A stretch of DNA of 64,000 bases from NCBI GenBank assembly GCA_963727485.1, contig CAVSGM010000001.1:1024001-1088000 (forward strand). Reading direction: 5' to 3'. Position numbers and translations under genes: made by a program. Source of the stretch: an uncultured delta proteobacterium. GTDB taxonomy: Bacteria; Myxococcota; Myxococcia; SLRQ01. The notes under the pieces are model-generated. The model did not search any database. It saw only the letters and a list, made by a program, of their open reading frames with translations, and was not told the DNA's origin. Below are positions 41,779 through 50,753 of the stretch, piece after piece. Each line of letters opens with the position of its first letter. Position 1 is the stretch's first letter.

Positions 41779-43539
41779 ATGTCCAAGACCCGCCTCGCCC
41801 TCGTCCCCGCCGTCCTCCTCACCCTCGCCGCCTGCGGCCAGGGCAACCTCCAGGGTGCCGCCCTCGTCGGCCAGGGGGTCAGCGCCGTCGACCAGTCGGC
41901 CGCAGGGTACACCGCCTGCCAGGTCCAGAAGACCCTCGCGTTCCTCAACGACAAGGGCACCACCGTCGACGTCCTCCAGTCGGTGGGCGTGCGCAAGCGC
42001 GGGCGGGTCAACCTCATCGCCCACCGCGACGGCCCCGACGGCCAGGCCGGCACCGCCGACGACGACCTCTTCGACACCCTCGGCGAGGTCCACGCGGTCA
42101 AGTGGGTCGGCCCCTGGACCCTCCAGCAGCTCGTGGACCACGCCGGGAAGACCTGCGGCCTGGGCACCGGCACCGTGGAGGCGGTCTTCTCGCCGCAGCC
42201 CTGGGGCGACAGCCACCTCGCCAAGATCGTCCACTTGCTGGACGGCGCCCAGGGCACCGTGGACATCGCCATGTACTCGCTGTCCGACGGCACGGTGATC
42301 CAGGCCATCGAGGCCGCGGCCCGCCGCGGGGTGTCGGTGCGCCTGCTCTTCAACCAGGCCGCCGAGGACCGCAAGTCGCCGTCCCACACCCTCTCCGCCG
42401 CCCTCGAGGACGCCGGCGTCGACGTCCGCTGGATCAACAAGACCATGCACCACAAGTTCGCCATCATCGACGGCCCCCGGCGCGACCCGGCGCTGGCCGC
42501 CCAGGCGAAGCTGGTCAGCGGGTCCGCCAACTGGTCCTACGGCGGCGGCACCAAGTACGACGAGAACACCCTCTTCATCCAGGGCAACACCGAGGTCGCG
42601 CTGCGGCTCCAGCAGCAGTTCGACTACCTCTGGGACAACTCCCGGGACTTCGCCTGGAACCCGGCGATCCACACCGAGTTCGGCAACGCCGTCTCGGACG
42701 CCGACATCGCCGCCGCCGACACCCCGGCGTCGGACGCCTGGTTCACCTCCGACAACTTCCGGGTCTACACCTCGAGCCGCTACGGCAAGACCTTCTCCAC
42801 CGTGCGGGGCCAGAACACCGTGGCCGACCACCTGGTCAAGCTCATCCTCGGCGCCAAGCACTCCATCCTCATCGCCTCGGGCCACATGCGCTCCCGGCCC
42901 ATCGCCGAGGCCCTGATCCAGAAGCACCAGCAGGACCCGAGCGTGGACATCCGCGTGGTCCTCGACGACCAGGAGTGGATCAGCGAGGGCTACCACCACA
43001 CCCAGGAGGTCGACCTCAACACCTGCCTGGACGGCGCCACCACCGACACCCAGAAGGCCGACTGCCTCGACCGGGGCTTCCTCTTCGGCTACCAGCTCGA
43101 CCACGCCGGGATCCCCGTCCGCTTCAAGACCTACGCCTACCGCTGGGACTACCACTACGCGATGCAGATGCACGACAAGTACTTCGTCATCGACGGGCAG
43201 ACCCTGGTGACCGGCAGCTACAACCTCTCCGACAACGCCGAGCACAACGTGATGGAGAACGAGCTGGTCTTCGACGGCAACACCTACCCGGCGCTGCTCT
43301 CCGCCTACACCGCCAACTTCGACAAGCTGTGGAACCGCGAGCGGGACACCGGCGCCTACACCCAGCTGATGGACCAGATCGAGAACGGCTCGGGCGCGGT
43401 GCCCCTGGTGTTCAAGTCCATGTCCCTGACCTGGGGCCAGGTGGACCAGCTCAAGCGGGCCATCCGGGCGGCGTGCCCGGCGGTGAACAGCACCGACTAC
43501 CGGGCCCACCCGAACGATCACCAGGTGTGCCCGCGCTAG
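41779..43539 (+). CDS. Phospholipase D-superfamily lipoprotein with two HKD motifs
   Basis: Lipobox LAAC; MHHKFAIID...GSANWS and MHDKYFVID...GSYNLS; GGAG RBS. Confidence 0.88.
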   Translation: MSKTRLALVPAVLLTLAACGQGNLQGAALVGQGVSAVDQSAAGYTACQVQKTLAFLNDKGTTVDVLQSVGVRKRGRVNLIAHRDGPDGQAGTADDDLFDTLGEVHAVKWVGPWTLQQLVDHAGKTCGLGTGTVEAVFSPQPWGDSHLAKIVHLLDGAQGTVDIAMYSLSDGTVIQAIEAAARRGVSVRLLFNQAAEDRKSPSHTLSAALEDAGVDVRWINKTMHHKFAIIDGPRRDPALAAQAKLVSGSANWSYGGGTKYDENTLFIQGNTEVALRLQQQFDYLWDNSRDFAWNPAIHTEFGNAVSDADIAAADTPASDAWFTSDNFRVYTSSRYGKTFSTVRGQNTVADHLVKLILGAKHSILIASGHMRSRPIAEALIQKHQQDPSVDIRVVLDDQEWISEGYHHTQEVDLNTCLDGATTDTQKADCLDRGFLFGYQLDHAGIPVRFKTYAYRWDYHYAMQMHDKYFVIDGQTLVTGSYNLSDNAEHNVMENELVFDGNTYPALLSAYTANFDKLWNRERDTGAYTQLMDQIENGSGAVPLVFKSMSLTWGQVDQLKRAIRAACPAVNSTDYRAHPNDHQVCPR

Positions 43540-43671
43540 CACTGGCTCCGCTACGCGGCACGCGGTGAAGATGCGGCGCCCTCGGGGAGGACCGGGGCGC
43601 CGCCGGGGCGGCCGGTGGGCGGGGGCTCACCGGCCGCTTCGCTTTCCGTCGACCGGGCGTCCGGCCCGGGT

Positions 43672-44127
43672 TCAGGGGCAGCTCCAGGGGTCCGTGTTGG
43701 CCTGCCCGATTCGCAGCGAGCCGAGCCGGATGCCATAGACCCGCCAGGCGTCACCTTCCTTCAGCATGAACAGCCGCAGGGAGGTCGACCCGTCGCCGGT
43801 CTTCAGGCTCCCGTAGTCGCAGCCCTGCCCGTTGCTCGAGGTGCCCGACCGCGAGAACCCGCCCCCGGTGGCCTGCTCCAGCCGCGGCGTGTCGAGGGAG
43901 GTCTCGAAGTCCTTCCGGCCGAGGCGCTGCCGGGTCTGGCGCGCGAGCATGGCGTACGCGTCGTCGAGGCGGTGCTCGCGCACCGCGCGCAGATAGGCGT
44001 GCCCCGCGGCGCGGACGGCGTGCTGCTCCGTCTGGCAGCGGTAGACCAGCAGGCCAATCGCCACCAGGAGCACCGGGTAGATCAGCACCCCCGGGCTCCA
44101 CTTCCCCGACCTCTTGGCGTCCGGCAT
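43672..44127 (-). CDS. Hypothetical membrane-anchored protein
   Basis: N-terminal TM, then YL..VR....DDAY.ML...; ends EGDAWRV, an NTF2-like pattern. Confidence 0.6.
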   Translation of the reverse strand: MPDAKRSGKWSPGVLIYPVLLVAIGLLVYRCQTEQHAVRAAGHAYLRAVREHRLDDAYAMLARQTRQRLGRKDFETSLDTPRLEQATGGGFSRSGTSSNGQGCDYGSLKTGDGSTSLRLFMLKEGDAWRVYGIRLGSLRIGQANTDPWSCP

Positions 44128-44179
44128 CCCCGAAGAGTGCGCTGGTTCGAGGCGGATCGCAAAGATGTCGGCCGCCTGG

Positions 44180-44551
44180 CTATCCGTCCCCGGCCGGCGC
44201 GCCGTCGAGCCGCTCCTCCAGCCAGGCGCGGAGGACGACGGCGTTGTTGTGGTCCTCGTCCCGGGCGGCGAAGACCAGGGTCACGTTGCCCTCTCGCGCC
44301 GCTTCGAGGAGCGGGGCCGCCGCCTCGGGGTGGGCGTCGAGCTCCCGGCGGTAGCGATCGGCGAAGGCCTCGAACCGGTCGGGTTCGTGGCCGAACCACC
44401 GCCGGAGGTCGTCGCTCGGGGCCAGCTCCTTGAGCCAGCCCTCGAGGGCCACGGCCTCCTTGCGCACCCCTCGGGGCCAGAGACGGTCCACCAGGAACCG
44501 CCGTCCGTCACCGGGCCCGGGCGCATCGTAGGCACGGCGGAGGCGGATCAT
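44180..44551 (-). CDS. DUF488 (YeaO-like) protein
   Basis: RRAYD....DGRRFLVDRLWPRGVRK, LAPS..LRRWFGH, HNNAVVL. Confidence 0.92.
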   Translation of the reverse strand: MIRLRRAYDAPGPGDGRRFLVDRLWPRGVRKEAVALEGWLKELAPSDDLRRWFGHEPDRFEAFADRYRRELDAHPEAAAPLLEAAREGNVTLVFAARDEDHNNAVVLRAWLEERLDGAPAGDG

Positions 44552-44649
44552 GGGACCACGCTAGCCCCGCGACCCGCGGGCGCACGCCTTCCCCTCGAGG
44601 CGATGCCCGAGACCGGTGTCACCGGCCTCGGGCGGGGACGGCTCTGCGG

Positions 44650-45450
44650 TCAGTTGATGCCCAGCTCGTCCTTGGCGTCGTGGCCCACCGCCAGGAGGGA
44701 CACGGTCCAGTTGTTGGCGTCCGGCTGGTCGCCCTGCTGGGCGCTGCCGCCGGAGGCGGTCTCCGAGTACTTCACCATGCCCCCGGGGACGCTGTCGACC
44801 AGCCACCAGTCGTAGGCGCCGCCGGTGCCGGAGCCGTAGCGCACGTGCCGGGCGGTGTAGGTCCCCGCGGGGACGGTGACCGAGGCGGTGTCCACGGTGG
44901 CGCCCTTGATGCTCTCGGGCGTCAGCTTCTGCGGCGGCGTGTAGTAGTTCTGGTCGTTGACCGGCATCTCCTTGGGCGCCTTGTCGTCGGGGAACTTCCC
45001 GCGCATGCGCAGGACCTTGCCGGCCGTGGGGTCGAGGAGCGCCTCGAGGATGATGTCCTGGTTGTCCTTGGCGTCGTGGTACTTGATCTTCCACCACTGG
45101 TGGCCCTGAGCGTCGTCGGCGAGGCGGGCGCGCTCCAGGGTGTTCTGGCCGCTGTCGCTGCCGCCGGTGATGTTCCACCGGGTGTAGTCGCCGGGCTGGT
45201 AGCCGACGTTCGTCACCTGGTAGCTGCCCGAGTAGAACGCCATGGTGAACAGCCACTGGGTGTAGAAGTTCATCATCTGCGGCGTGTAGGCGCGGACCAT
45301 CGCGTTGCCCACCGACTGGCCGACCGAGTCGCCGACGGTCTCGCCGGTCTTGTTGGCGGCCGAGTCGATGGCCGAGTCGATGAGGGTGGCGCAGCCGGCG
45401 GTGGCCAGCAGCGACGAGGCGAGGACGACGAGAATCGTGGACCGCTTCAT
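44650..45450 (-). CDS. Hypothetical lipoprotein
   Basis: Lipobox TAGC; SVTVPAGTY motif; GGGAGGG RBS. Confidence 0.8.
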   Translation of the reverse strand: MKRSTILVVLASSLLATAGCATLIDSAIDSAANKTGETVGDSVGQSVGNAMVRAYTPQMMNFYTQWLFTMAFYSGSYQVTNVGYQPGDYTRWNITGGSDSGQNTLERARLADDAQGHQWWKIKYHDAKDNQDIILEALLDPTAGKVLRMRGKFPDDKAPKEMPVNDQNYYTPPQKLTPESIKGATVDTASVTVPAGTYTARHVRYGSGTGGAYDWWLVDSVPGGMVKYSETASGGSAQQGDQPDANNWTVSLLAVGHDAKDELGIN

Positions 45451-45537
45451 GGGTTCCCTCCCGGGTTGGAGCTGCCTAGCGACCCGGTGATAGTGGGGTC
45501 CGGAGCCGCCGTCAATCGCGCGAGGGCGGGGGAACGC

Positions 45538-46731
45538 CTAGGCGTGGTCCGGGGCGGCGTCGTCGGGGTCCCCGGGAGCCTCGGCGCCCCGGCCCGGGAA
45601 GGTCAGCAGCCGGGTCTCGAGGGGGCCGTTGAAGAGGGTGTGGGCCCGGGCGGCCCGGGTCCCGAAGGCCCGCTCGAAGCCCGGGGCGCCGGAGAGGACC
45701 ACCAGGGGGTGGTCCCCGGGCAGGGCGCGCCAGGCCTCGCCGAAGCCCCGGAAGAAGCCCTCGAGCTGCAGGTGCTTGCCGCCCCCGAGGCGGGCGCCGT
45801 AGGGCGGGTTGGCAAAGAGCTGGCAGCCGTCGGGCAGAGGCCCCAGGGAGCGGGCGTCCCGGGCCTCGAAGGTGACGTCCGAGGCGACCCCGGCCCGTCC
45901 GGCGTTGGCCCGGGCCGCCTCCAGGACCGAAGGATCCCGGTCCCGGCCGAACAGGGGTGCCGGGGCCGGGCGCACCGCGGACGTCGCCTCGTCCAAGAGC
46001 ACTCGCCAGGCGCGCCGGGCGTCGTCGTCGAAGGCGGGCCAGCGCTCGAAGCCGAAGCGCCGCCCCAGCCCCGGCGCCATCCGCCGGGCGAGGAGGGCCG
46101 CCTCGATGACCAGCGTCCCCGACCCGCACATGGGATCGAGGAGCGGCCGCTCGGGGTCGAAGCCCCCCAGCGCGAGGACGGCCGCCGCCAGGGACTCCTT
46201 GAGGGGCGCCTCGCCGGTGTCCCGGCGCCAGCCCCGGCGGAAGAGGGCGTCGCCGGCGAGGTCGAGGGAGAGCTCGGCCCGGTCCCGGTGGAGGTGGCAG
46301 ACCACGGTGACGTCCGGGCGCTTGGGGTTCACGTCGGGGCGGGCGCCGAGGCGATCCCGGAGCCGGTCGACCACTGCGTCCTTCACCTTGAGGGCGGTGA
46401 AGCCCGTGTGCGCCAGGGTCCGGCTGGTCCCGGTGGCCTGCACCGCGAAGGTGCGCTTGAGGCCGAGGTGGTCCTCCCAGGGGATGGCCCGGGCGGTCTC
46501 GTAGAGGCGGTCCGCGTCCGGGGCCGGGCCGGCGCCGAGGGTGAGGAGGACCCGGTGGGGGATCCGGGCCCAGAGGCAGGCGCGCATCCCCGCCGCCAGC
46601 GCCCCCTGGAAGTGGACCCCACCCCGCTGCGCCTTCACCCGGCGGAGGCCCAGGGCCTTGAGCTCGTCCCGGAGGACGCCCTCGGTGCCGGGGGCGGCGG
46701 TGGCGAAGAAGGTGTGGGGGGTGGGCGCCAT
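45538..46731 (-). CDS. THUMP-domain class I SAM-dependent RNA methyltransferase (RlmL-like)
   Basis: LFRRGWR...GEAPLKE, DPMCGSGT..IEAA, ANPPYG.RL. Confidence 0.9.
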   Translation of the reverse strand: MAPTPHTFFATAAPGTEGVLRDELKALGLRRVKAQRGGVHFQGALAAGMRACLWARIPHRVLLTLGAGPAPDADRLYETARAIPWEDHLGLKRTFAVQATGTSRTLAHTGFTALKVKDAVVDRLRDRLGARPDVNPKRPDVTVVCHLHRDRAELSLDLAGDALFRRGWRRDTGEAPLKESLAAAVLALGGFDPERPLLDPMCGSGTLVIEAALLARRMAPGLGRRFGFERWPAFDDDARRAWRVLLDEATSAVRPAPAPLFGRDRDPSVLEAARANAGRAGVASDVTFEARDARSLGPLPDGCQLFANPPYGARLGGGKHLQLEGFFRGFGEAWRALPGDHPLVVLSGAPGFERAFGTRAARAHTLFNGPLETRLLTFPGRGAEAPGDPDDAAPDHA

Positions 46732-46866
46732 GGCCGCGGCACCCTACCGCAGAGGACGGCCGCGCGTCTCGCCGCCCCGGCGGGGGCCCGGCGCTCCGGT
46801 GCTTGAGCCACCGGGGCCCGGGACCTAGAGTCGAAGGCGCCCGCGCCCCGCGGGCCCCGATCCCCG

Positions 46867-47742
46867 ATGCTCCTCGACCGCTCCGAGCTGACCTTCGACT
46901 TCGGGGGCGACCGCCTCGATCCGGTCGTCCACCGGGACCTCCTCGCCTGGACCTTCAACCAGTTCCTCTACGGTGAGGTGACGGGCATCCAGTGCGGCCA
47001 CTGGCTCCACCGGGCCCCGGACCTCGCCGCGGCGCGCTTCCTCGCCCGGCAGGCCAGCGAGGAGCTGCGCCACGTGGAGGTCTTCCTCGAGGCGTTGCGG
47101 CTCATCGGGGCCCGGCCCGAGCGGGCCCATCCCCTGGTGCGCCACCTGGCCACCGGACGGATGCCCGACACCTGGGCCGAGCACGTGTGCCTGGAGATGG
47201 CCCTGGGCGAGGGCCTGGTGCTCATGGCCTTCTACGCGCTCATCGACACCGTGGACCATCCGAAGGTCGTCGACCTGCTCACCAAGGCGGCCCGGCAGGA
47301 GGTGCGCCACGTGGCCTTCGGCGAGGACCGCACCCTGGACCTGGTGCGCGCCCGGCCGGCCCTGCGTCGCCAGCTGCTCGGCCCGGCGGTGACCAGCCTC
47401 GTCCTGGTGCGGGCCCTGGCCCGGCCCCTGCGCCGGCGCTTCGCCGAGGGGGCCCCGGTGCTCCGCCACCTCCCGGCCTTCGTGGACGCGGTGGCCCGCG
47501 CAGGCGAGCTGCGCCTCCAGCGCCTGGGGCTCCTCCGGGCGCCCCTCTCGGAGACGCCCATGCCGCTCGGGGCCGCCCGGGTCCTCGCCTCCTACGCCGA
47601 GGGCGCCGCCGCCAGCCTGGTGCGCCGGCCGCTTTCCCTCCTGCGCCCCGCGCGCCCCCTCACCGCCCGCTACATGGCCGACCCGGAGGTGCGCCGCTAC
47701 CTCCTCGCGGTGGTCGACGCCGAGGGGACGAACGCCGCATGA
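46867..47742 (+). CDS. Ferritin-like di-iron protein
   Basis: E...EELRH...E...QEVRH carboxylate/His ligand pattern. Confidence 0.75.
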   Translation: MLLDRSELTFDFGGDRLDPVVHRDLLAWTFNQFLYGEVTGIQCGHWLHRAPDLAAARFLARQASEELRHVEVFLEALRLIGARPERAHPLVRHLATGRMPDTWAEHVCLEMALGEGLVLMAFYALIDTVDHPKVVDLLTKAARQEVRHVAFGEDRTLDLVRARPALRRQLLGPAVTSLVLVRALARPLRRRFAEGAPVLRHLPAFVDAVARAGELRLQRLGLLRAPLSETPMPLGAARVLASYAEGAAASLVRRPLSLLRPARPLTARYMADPEVRRYLLAVVDAEGTNAA

Positions 47743-48788
47743 GCCCGCCTGCCGCCGCCGCCGACCCCGGCCTCGAGGCCGACGCCGCCCGCCTCCTCGC
47801 CGAGAGCGAGCTCGTCGACCTCCACGTCGACACCTTCATCCTGGTCCGGGTGCTCGGCTACGACGTGTTCAAGCGCCACGGGAGCGGGCCCTTCAATGGC
47901 CGGGTGGGCTACCACCTCGACGTCCCCCGGCTCATCGACGGCGGGGTGAAGGGGGCCATGTGGTCGGTGACCACCAACCCCCTGCGCCCGGCGGGCAGCC
48001 GGTTCCGCACCTGGAAGAAGAACGCCCGGCGCCTCCGGGGGATTGTCGAGGCGTCCGGCGGGGTCCTGGAGCTGGTGACCTCCCACGGCGCGTACCGGGC
48101 GGCGAGGGCCCGGGGGGCCCACTGCGTGCTCCTCTCAATCCAGGGCGGCAACGCCCTCGACGCCGCCCCCGCCGACGATCCCCTCGGCGACGACGCCCTG
48201 ATGCGGGTGACCCTGGTGCACCTCACGCCCTCGCCGGTGGGGGGCACCTCGAGCCCCCTGCAGCTGCGCCGGGACAAGGGGCTGACGGACCACGGTCGGG
48301 AGCTGGTGCGCCGCCTCGACGCCCGGCGGGTGTTCGTGGATCTCGCCCACATCCACCCCCGGGGGTTCTGGGACGCGGTGGAGGTCCACGACAAGAGCCT
48401 GCCCCTCATCGTCACCCACACCGGGGTGAGCGCGGTGAAGCCCCACTGGCGCAACCTCGACGACGCCCAGGTCAAGGCCATCGCCGAGAGCGGCGGGACC
48501 ATCGGCATCATGCTCCAGCGAAGCTTCCTCGACCGCCCGGGGGGGCCCACCGACGGGGCCATGGTCATCGAGCACCTGGAGCACGTCATCGAGTGCGTCG
48601 GCGAGGACTTCGTGTCCATCGGCACCGACTTCGACGGCGCCATCACCCCGCCTTTGGAGCTGCGCTCCGGGGACACGGCCTACCGGCTCCTCGTGGGCCA
48701 CATGCTCCGGCGCGGGTGGCCCGACACGCGGATCAAGAAGGCGCTGGGGGACAACTTCCTCCGGGTGCTCGAGGCGATGCGGCCCTGA
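47739..48788 (+). CDS. Membrane dipeptidase family (M19) amidohydrolase
   Basis: DLHVD, DLAH, VTHTG, RNLDD, IGTDFDG, GDNFLRV; ATGA overlap with the upstream gene. Confidence 0.88.
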   Translation: MSPPAAAADPGLEADAARLLAESELVDLHVDTFILVRVLGYDVFKRHGSGPFNGRVGYHLDVPRLIDGGVKGAMWSVTTNPLRPAGSRFRTWKKNARRLRGIVEASGGVLELVTSHGAYRAARARGAHCVLLSIQGGNALDAAPADDPLGDDALMRVTLVHLTPSPVGGTSSPLQLRRDKGLTDHGRELVRRLDARRVFVDLAHIHPRGFWDAVEVHDKSLPLIVTHTGVSAVKPHWRNLDDAQVKAIAESGGTIGIMLQRSFLDRPGGPTDGAMVIEHLEHVIECVGEDFVSIGTDFDGAITPPLELRSGDTAYRLLVGHMLRRGWPDTRIKKALGDNFLRVLEAMRP

Positions 48789-48845
48789 GCCCGCCGGGGA
48801 CGTGGATCGGCTGCCTGCGCTGACGGGCGAGGCGGGCGCGGGACG

Positions 48846-49241
48846 TCAGGCGATGCGCCGGGGGAGCGCCGGCCCGGGGATCTCGGGGGCGTCGCCCACG
48901 AGCCGGTTGTGGGCGTCGACCCGCACCACCCTGGGCACGTGGCTGCGCGCCTCCTCGGTGGTCATGTCCGCGAAGGTGGCGATGATGACCAGGTCGCCCG
49001 GCTCGTTCTGGTGGGCGGCGGCGCCGTTGGCACAGATGACCCCCGAGCCCCGGGGCCCGGCGAGGGCGTAGGTGACCAGGCGGGTCCCGCGGGTCACGTT
49101 CCACACGTGGACCTGCTCGTGCTCGAGGATGTCGGCGGCGTCCAGGAGGTCGGCGTCGATGGTCAGGCTGCCCTCGTACTCGAGGTCCGCCTGGGTGATC
49201 ACCGCCCGGTGGATCTTGCCGTTGAAGACACGTCGGTTCAT
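48846..49241 (-). CDS. panD: Aspartate 1-decarboxylase
   Basis: [13 protein letters not shown] (Gly-Ser self-cleavage site), TY, NGAAA. Confidence 0.97.
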   Translation of the reverse strand: MNRRVFNGKIHRAVITQADLEYEGSLTIDADLLDAADILEHEQVHVWNVTRGTRLVTYALAGPRGSGVICANGAAAHQNEPGDLVIIATFADMTTEEARSHVPRVVRVDAHNRLVGDAPEIPGPALPRRIA

Positions 49242-49368
49242 GGCTTCTCTCCGGTCCGTGGCGTCCCGGATGGGGGTACGCCCGTGGGAGCTCCAGCGCG
49301 GCGCAATCTAGCGCCGGCGCGCCATTTTCGCAACGGTTGCGCCGCCTTCCGCGCAGGGTCCGCGCGCG

Positions 49369-50688
49369 CTAGCCGCCGTCGCCGGCGAGGAAGGCGGTGA
49401 GGACGGTGGTCATCGCCGCCGGGTCCTTCGCCCCCCCGAGCTCCCGGATGGAGTGCATCGAGAGCATGGGGTTGCCCACGTCCACGGTGCGGATCCCCAG
49501 CCCCGCGGCGCTGATGGGCCCGATGGTGCTCCCGCAGGGGAGGTCCTGGCGCATCACGAAGTCCTGGTAGGGGACCTCGGACCGGCGGCAGAGGTCCCGG
49601 AACAGGGCCCCGGTCTCGGCGTCGGTGGCGTAGCGCTGGTTGGCGTTGACCTTGACCACCGGCCCGCCGTTGAGGCGCGGGAGGTGGACCCCGTCGTGGA
49701 GGTCCGGGCGGTTGGGGTGGACCGCGTGGGCCATGTCGGCGCTGACCAGGTAGCTGCGCGCGATGGCCCGGCGCAGGCCGCCTCTGCCCGGGCGGGCGGC
49801 GTCGATCCGGGCGAGGACGTCGCCGAGGAGCGGGCTGCCGGCGCCCCGGGCGCTCTGGGAGCCCACCTCCTCGTGATCGAAGAGGGCGACCACGGGGATG
49901 GGGCCCGTCGTCTCCCCGGCGGCGAGGAGGGCCTCGAGGCCCGCGTGGCACATGGCCTGGTTGTCCAGGCGCGGGGCGTGGATCAGCTCGCCGCCCAGGC
50001 CGCTGAAGGTCGAGGGCTGCACGTCATGGAGGCACAGGTCGTGGCCCCGGATGGCGTCCGCCTCGCAGCCGGCGGCCTCGGCGACCAGGCGCATCACCGC
50101 CTCCGCCGGGTCGTCCTCGGTGTCCCAGGTCGCCAGGATCGGCGAGAGGTCCTGGTGCTTGTCGAGCCTCAGGCCCTCGTCGTTCACCTTCCGGTTGAGG
50201 TGGATGGCGACGTTGGGGATGCGGCACAGGGGCCCCTCGAGGCGCAGGCGCCTGGAGACCAGCCTCCCGCCCTCGTCCACGAACACCCGGCCGGCGATGG
50301 AGAGGTCGCGGTCGGCCCAGGTGGCCAGGAGCACCCCGCCGTAGACCTCCACGTCGAGGGCCAGGTACCCGCTCTTGGCCTTCGCCGGGGTGGGTTTCAG
50401 GCGCAGGCCCGGGGAGTCGGTGTGGGCGCCCATCGCACGGAAGCCCACCTCCGCCGGCGCCGCGTCCCCGAGGCGGAAGGCCACCAGCGACCCGTCGCCG
50501 CGGGTCGTGAAGCAGGCGTCGCCGTCGGCGAGGGACCACTCGTCCTGCTCGGAAAGCCGCGTGAACCCGGCGGCTTGGAGGCGTCGGGCGGCCTCGTCGA
50601 CGCAGTGATAGGGGGTGGGGCTGGCGTCGATGAACCGTAACAGGTCCCGCGCCACCTCGTCCTCGGGCTTCAGGCGGTCGTCGCTCAC
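49369..50688 (-). CDS. M18 aspartyl aminopeptidase
   Basis: SPTPYH, GAHTDSP, RLDN, FDHEEVGS, SADMAHAVHPN, CGSTIGP, LSMHSIRE. Confidence 0.95.
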   Translation of the reverse strand: MSDDRLKPEDEVARDLLRFIDASPTPYHCVDEAARRLQAAGFTRLSEQDEWSLADGDACFTTRGDGSLVAFRLGDAAPAEVGFRAMGAHTDSPGLRLKPTPAKAKSGYLALDVEVYGGVLLATWADRDLSIAGRVFVDEGGRLVSRRLRLEGPLCRIPNVAIHLNRKVNDEGLRLDKHQDLSPILATWDTEDDPAEAVMRLVAEAAGCEADAIRGHDLCLHDVQPSTFSGLGGELIHAPRLDNQAMCHAGLEALLAAGETTGPIPVVALFDHEEVGSQSARGAGSPLLGDVLARIDAARPGRGGLRRAIARSYLVSADMAHAVHPNRPDLHDGVHLPRLNGGPVVKVNANQRYATDAETGALFRDLCRRSEVPYQDFVMRQDLPCGSTIGPISAAGLGIRTVDVGNPMLSMHSIRELGGAKDPAAMTTVLTAFLAGDGG

Positions 50689-50753
50689 GGGGGACGTGTA
50701 CCCCAGTGGTGCTGGGCCGTCGAGGGGTGGTCTCATCGACCCTGGAGGAACCC

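Noticed and set aside
36479..43542. Very long overlapping ORFs (36479-40996 minus, 37513-41631 plus, and the 5' extension of 38818-43542 minus)
   Set aside because: These are shadow or antisense frames of real genes, caused by GC3 bias and scarce stop codons. They are P/R/G-rich and motif-free; the DUF5916 gene starts at its signal peptide (41502).
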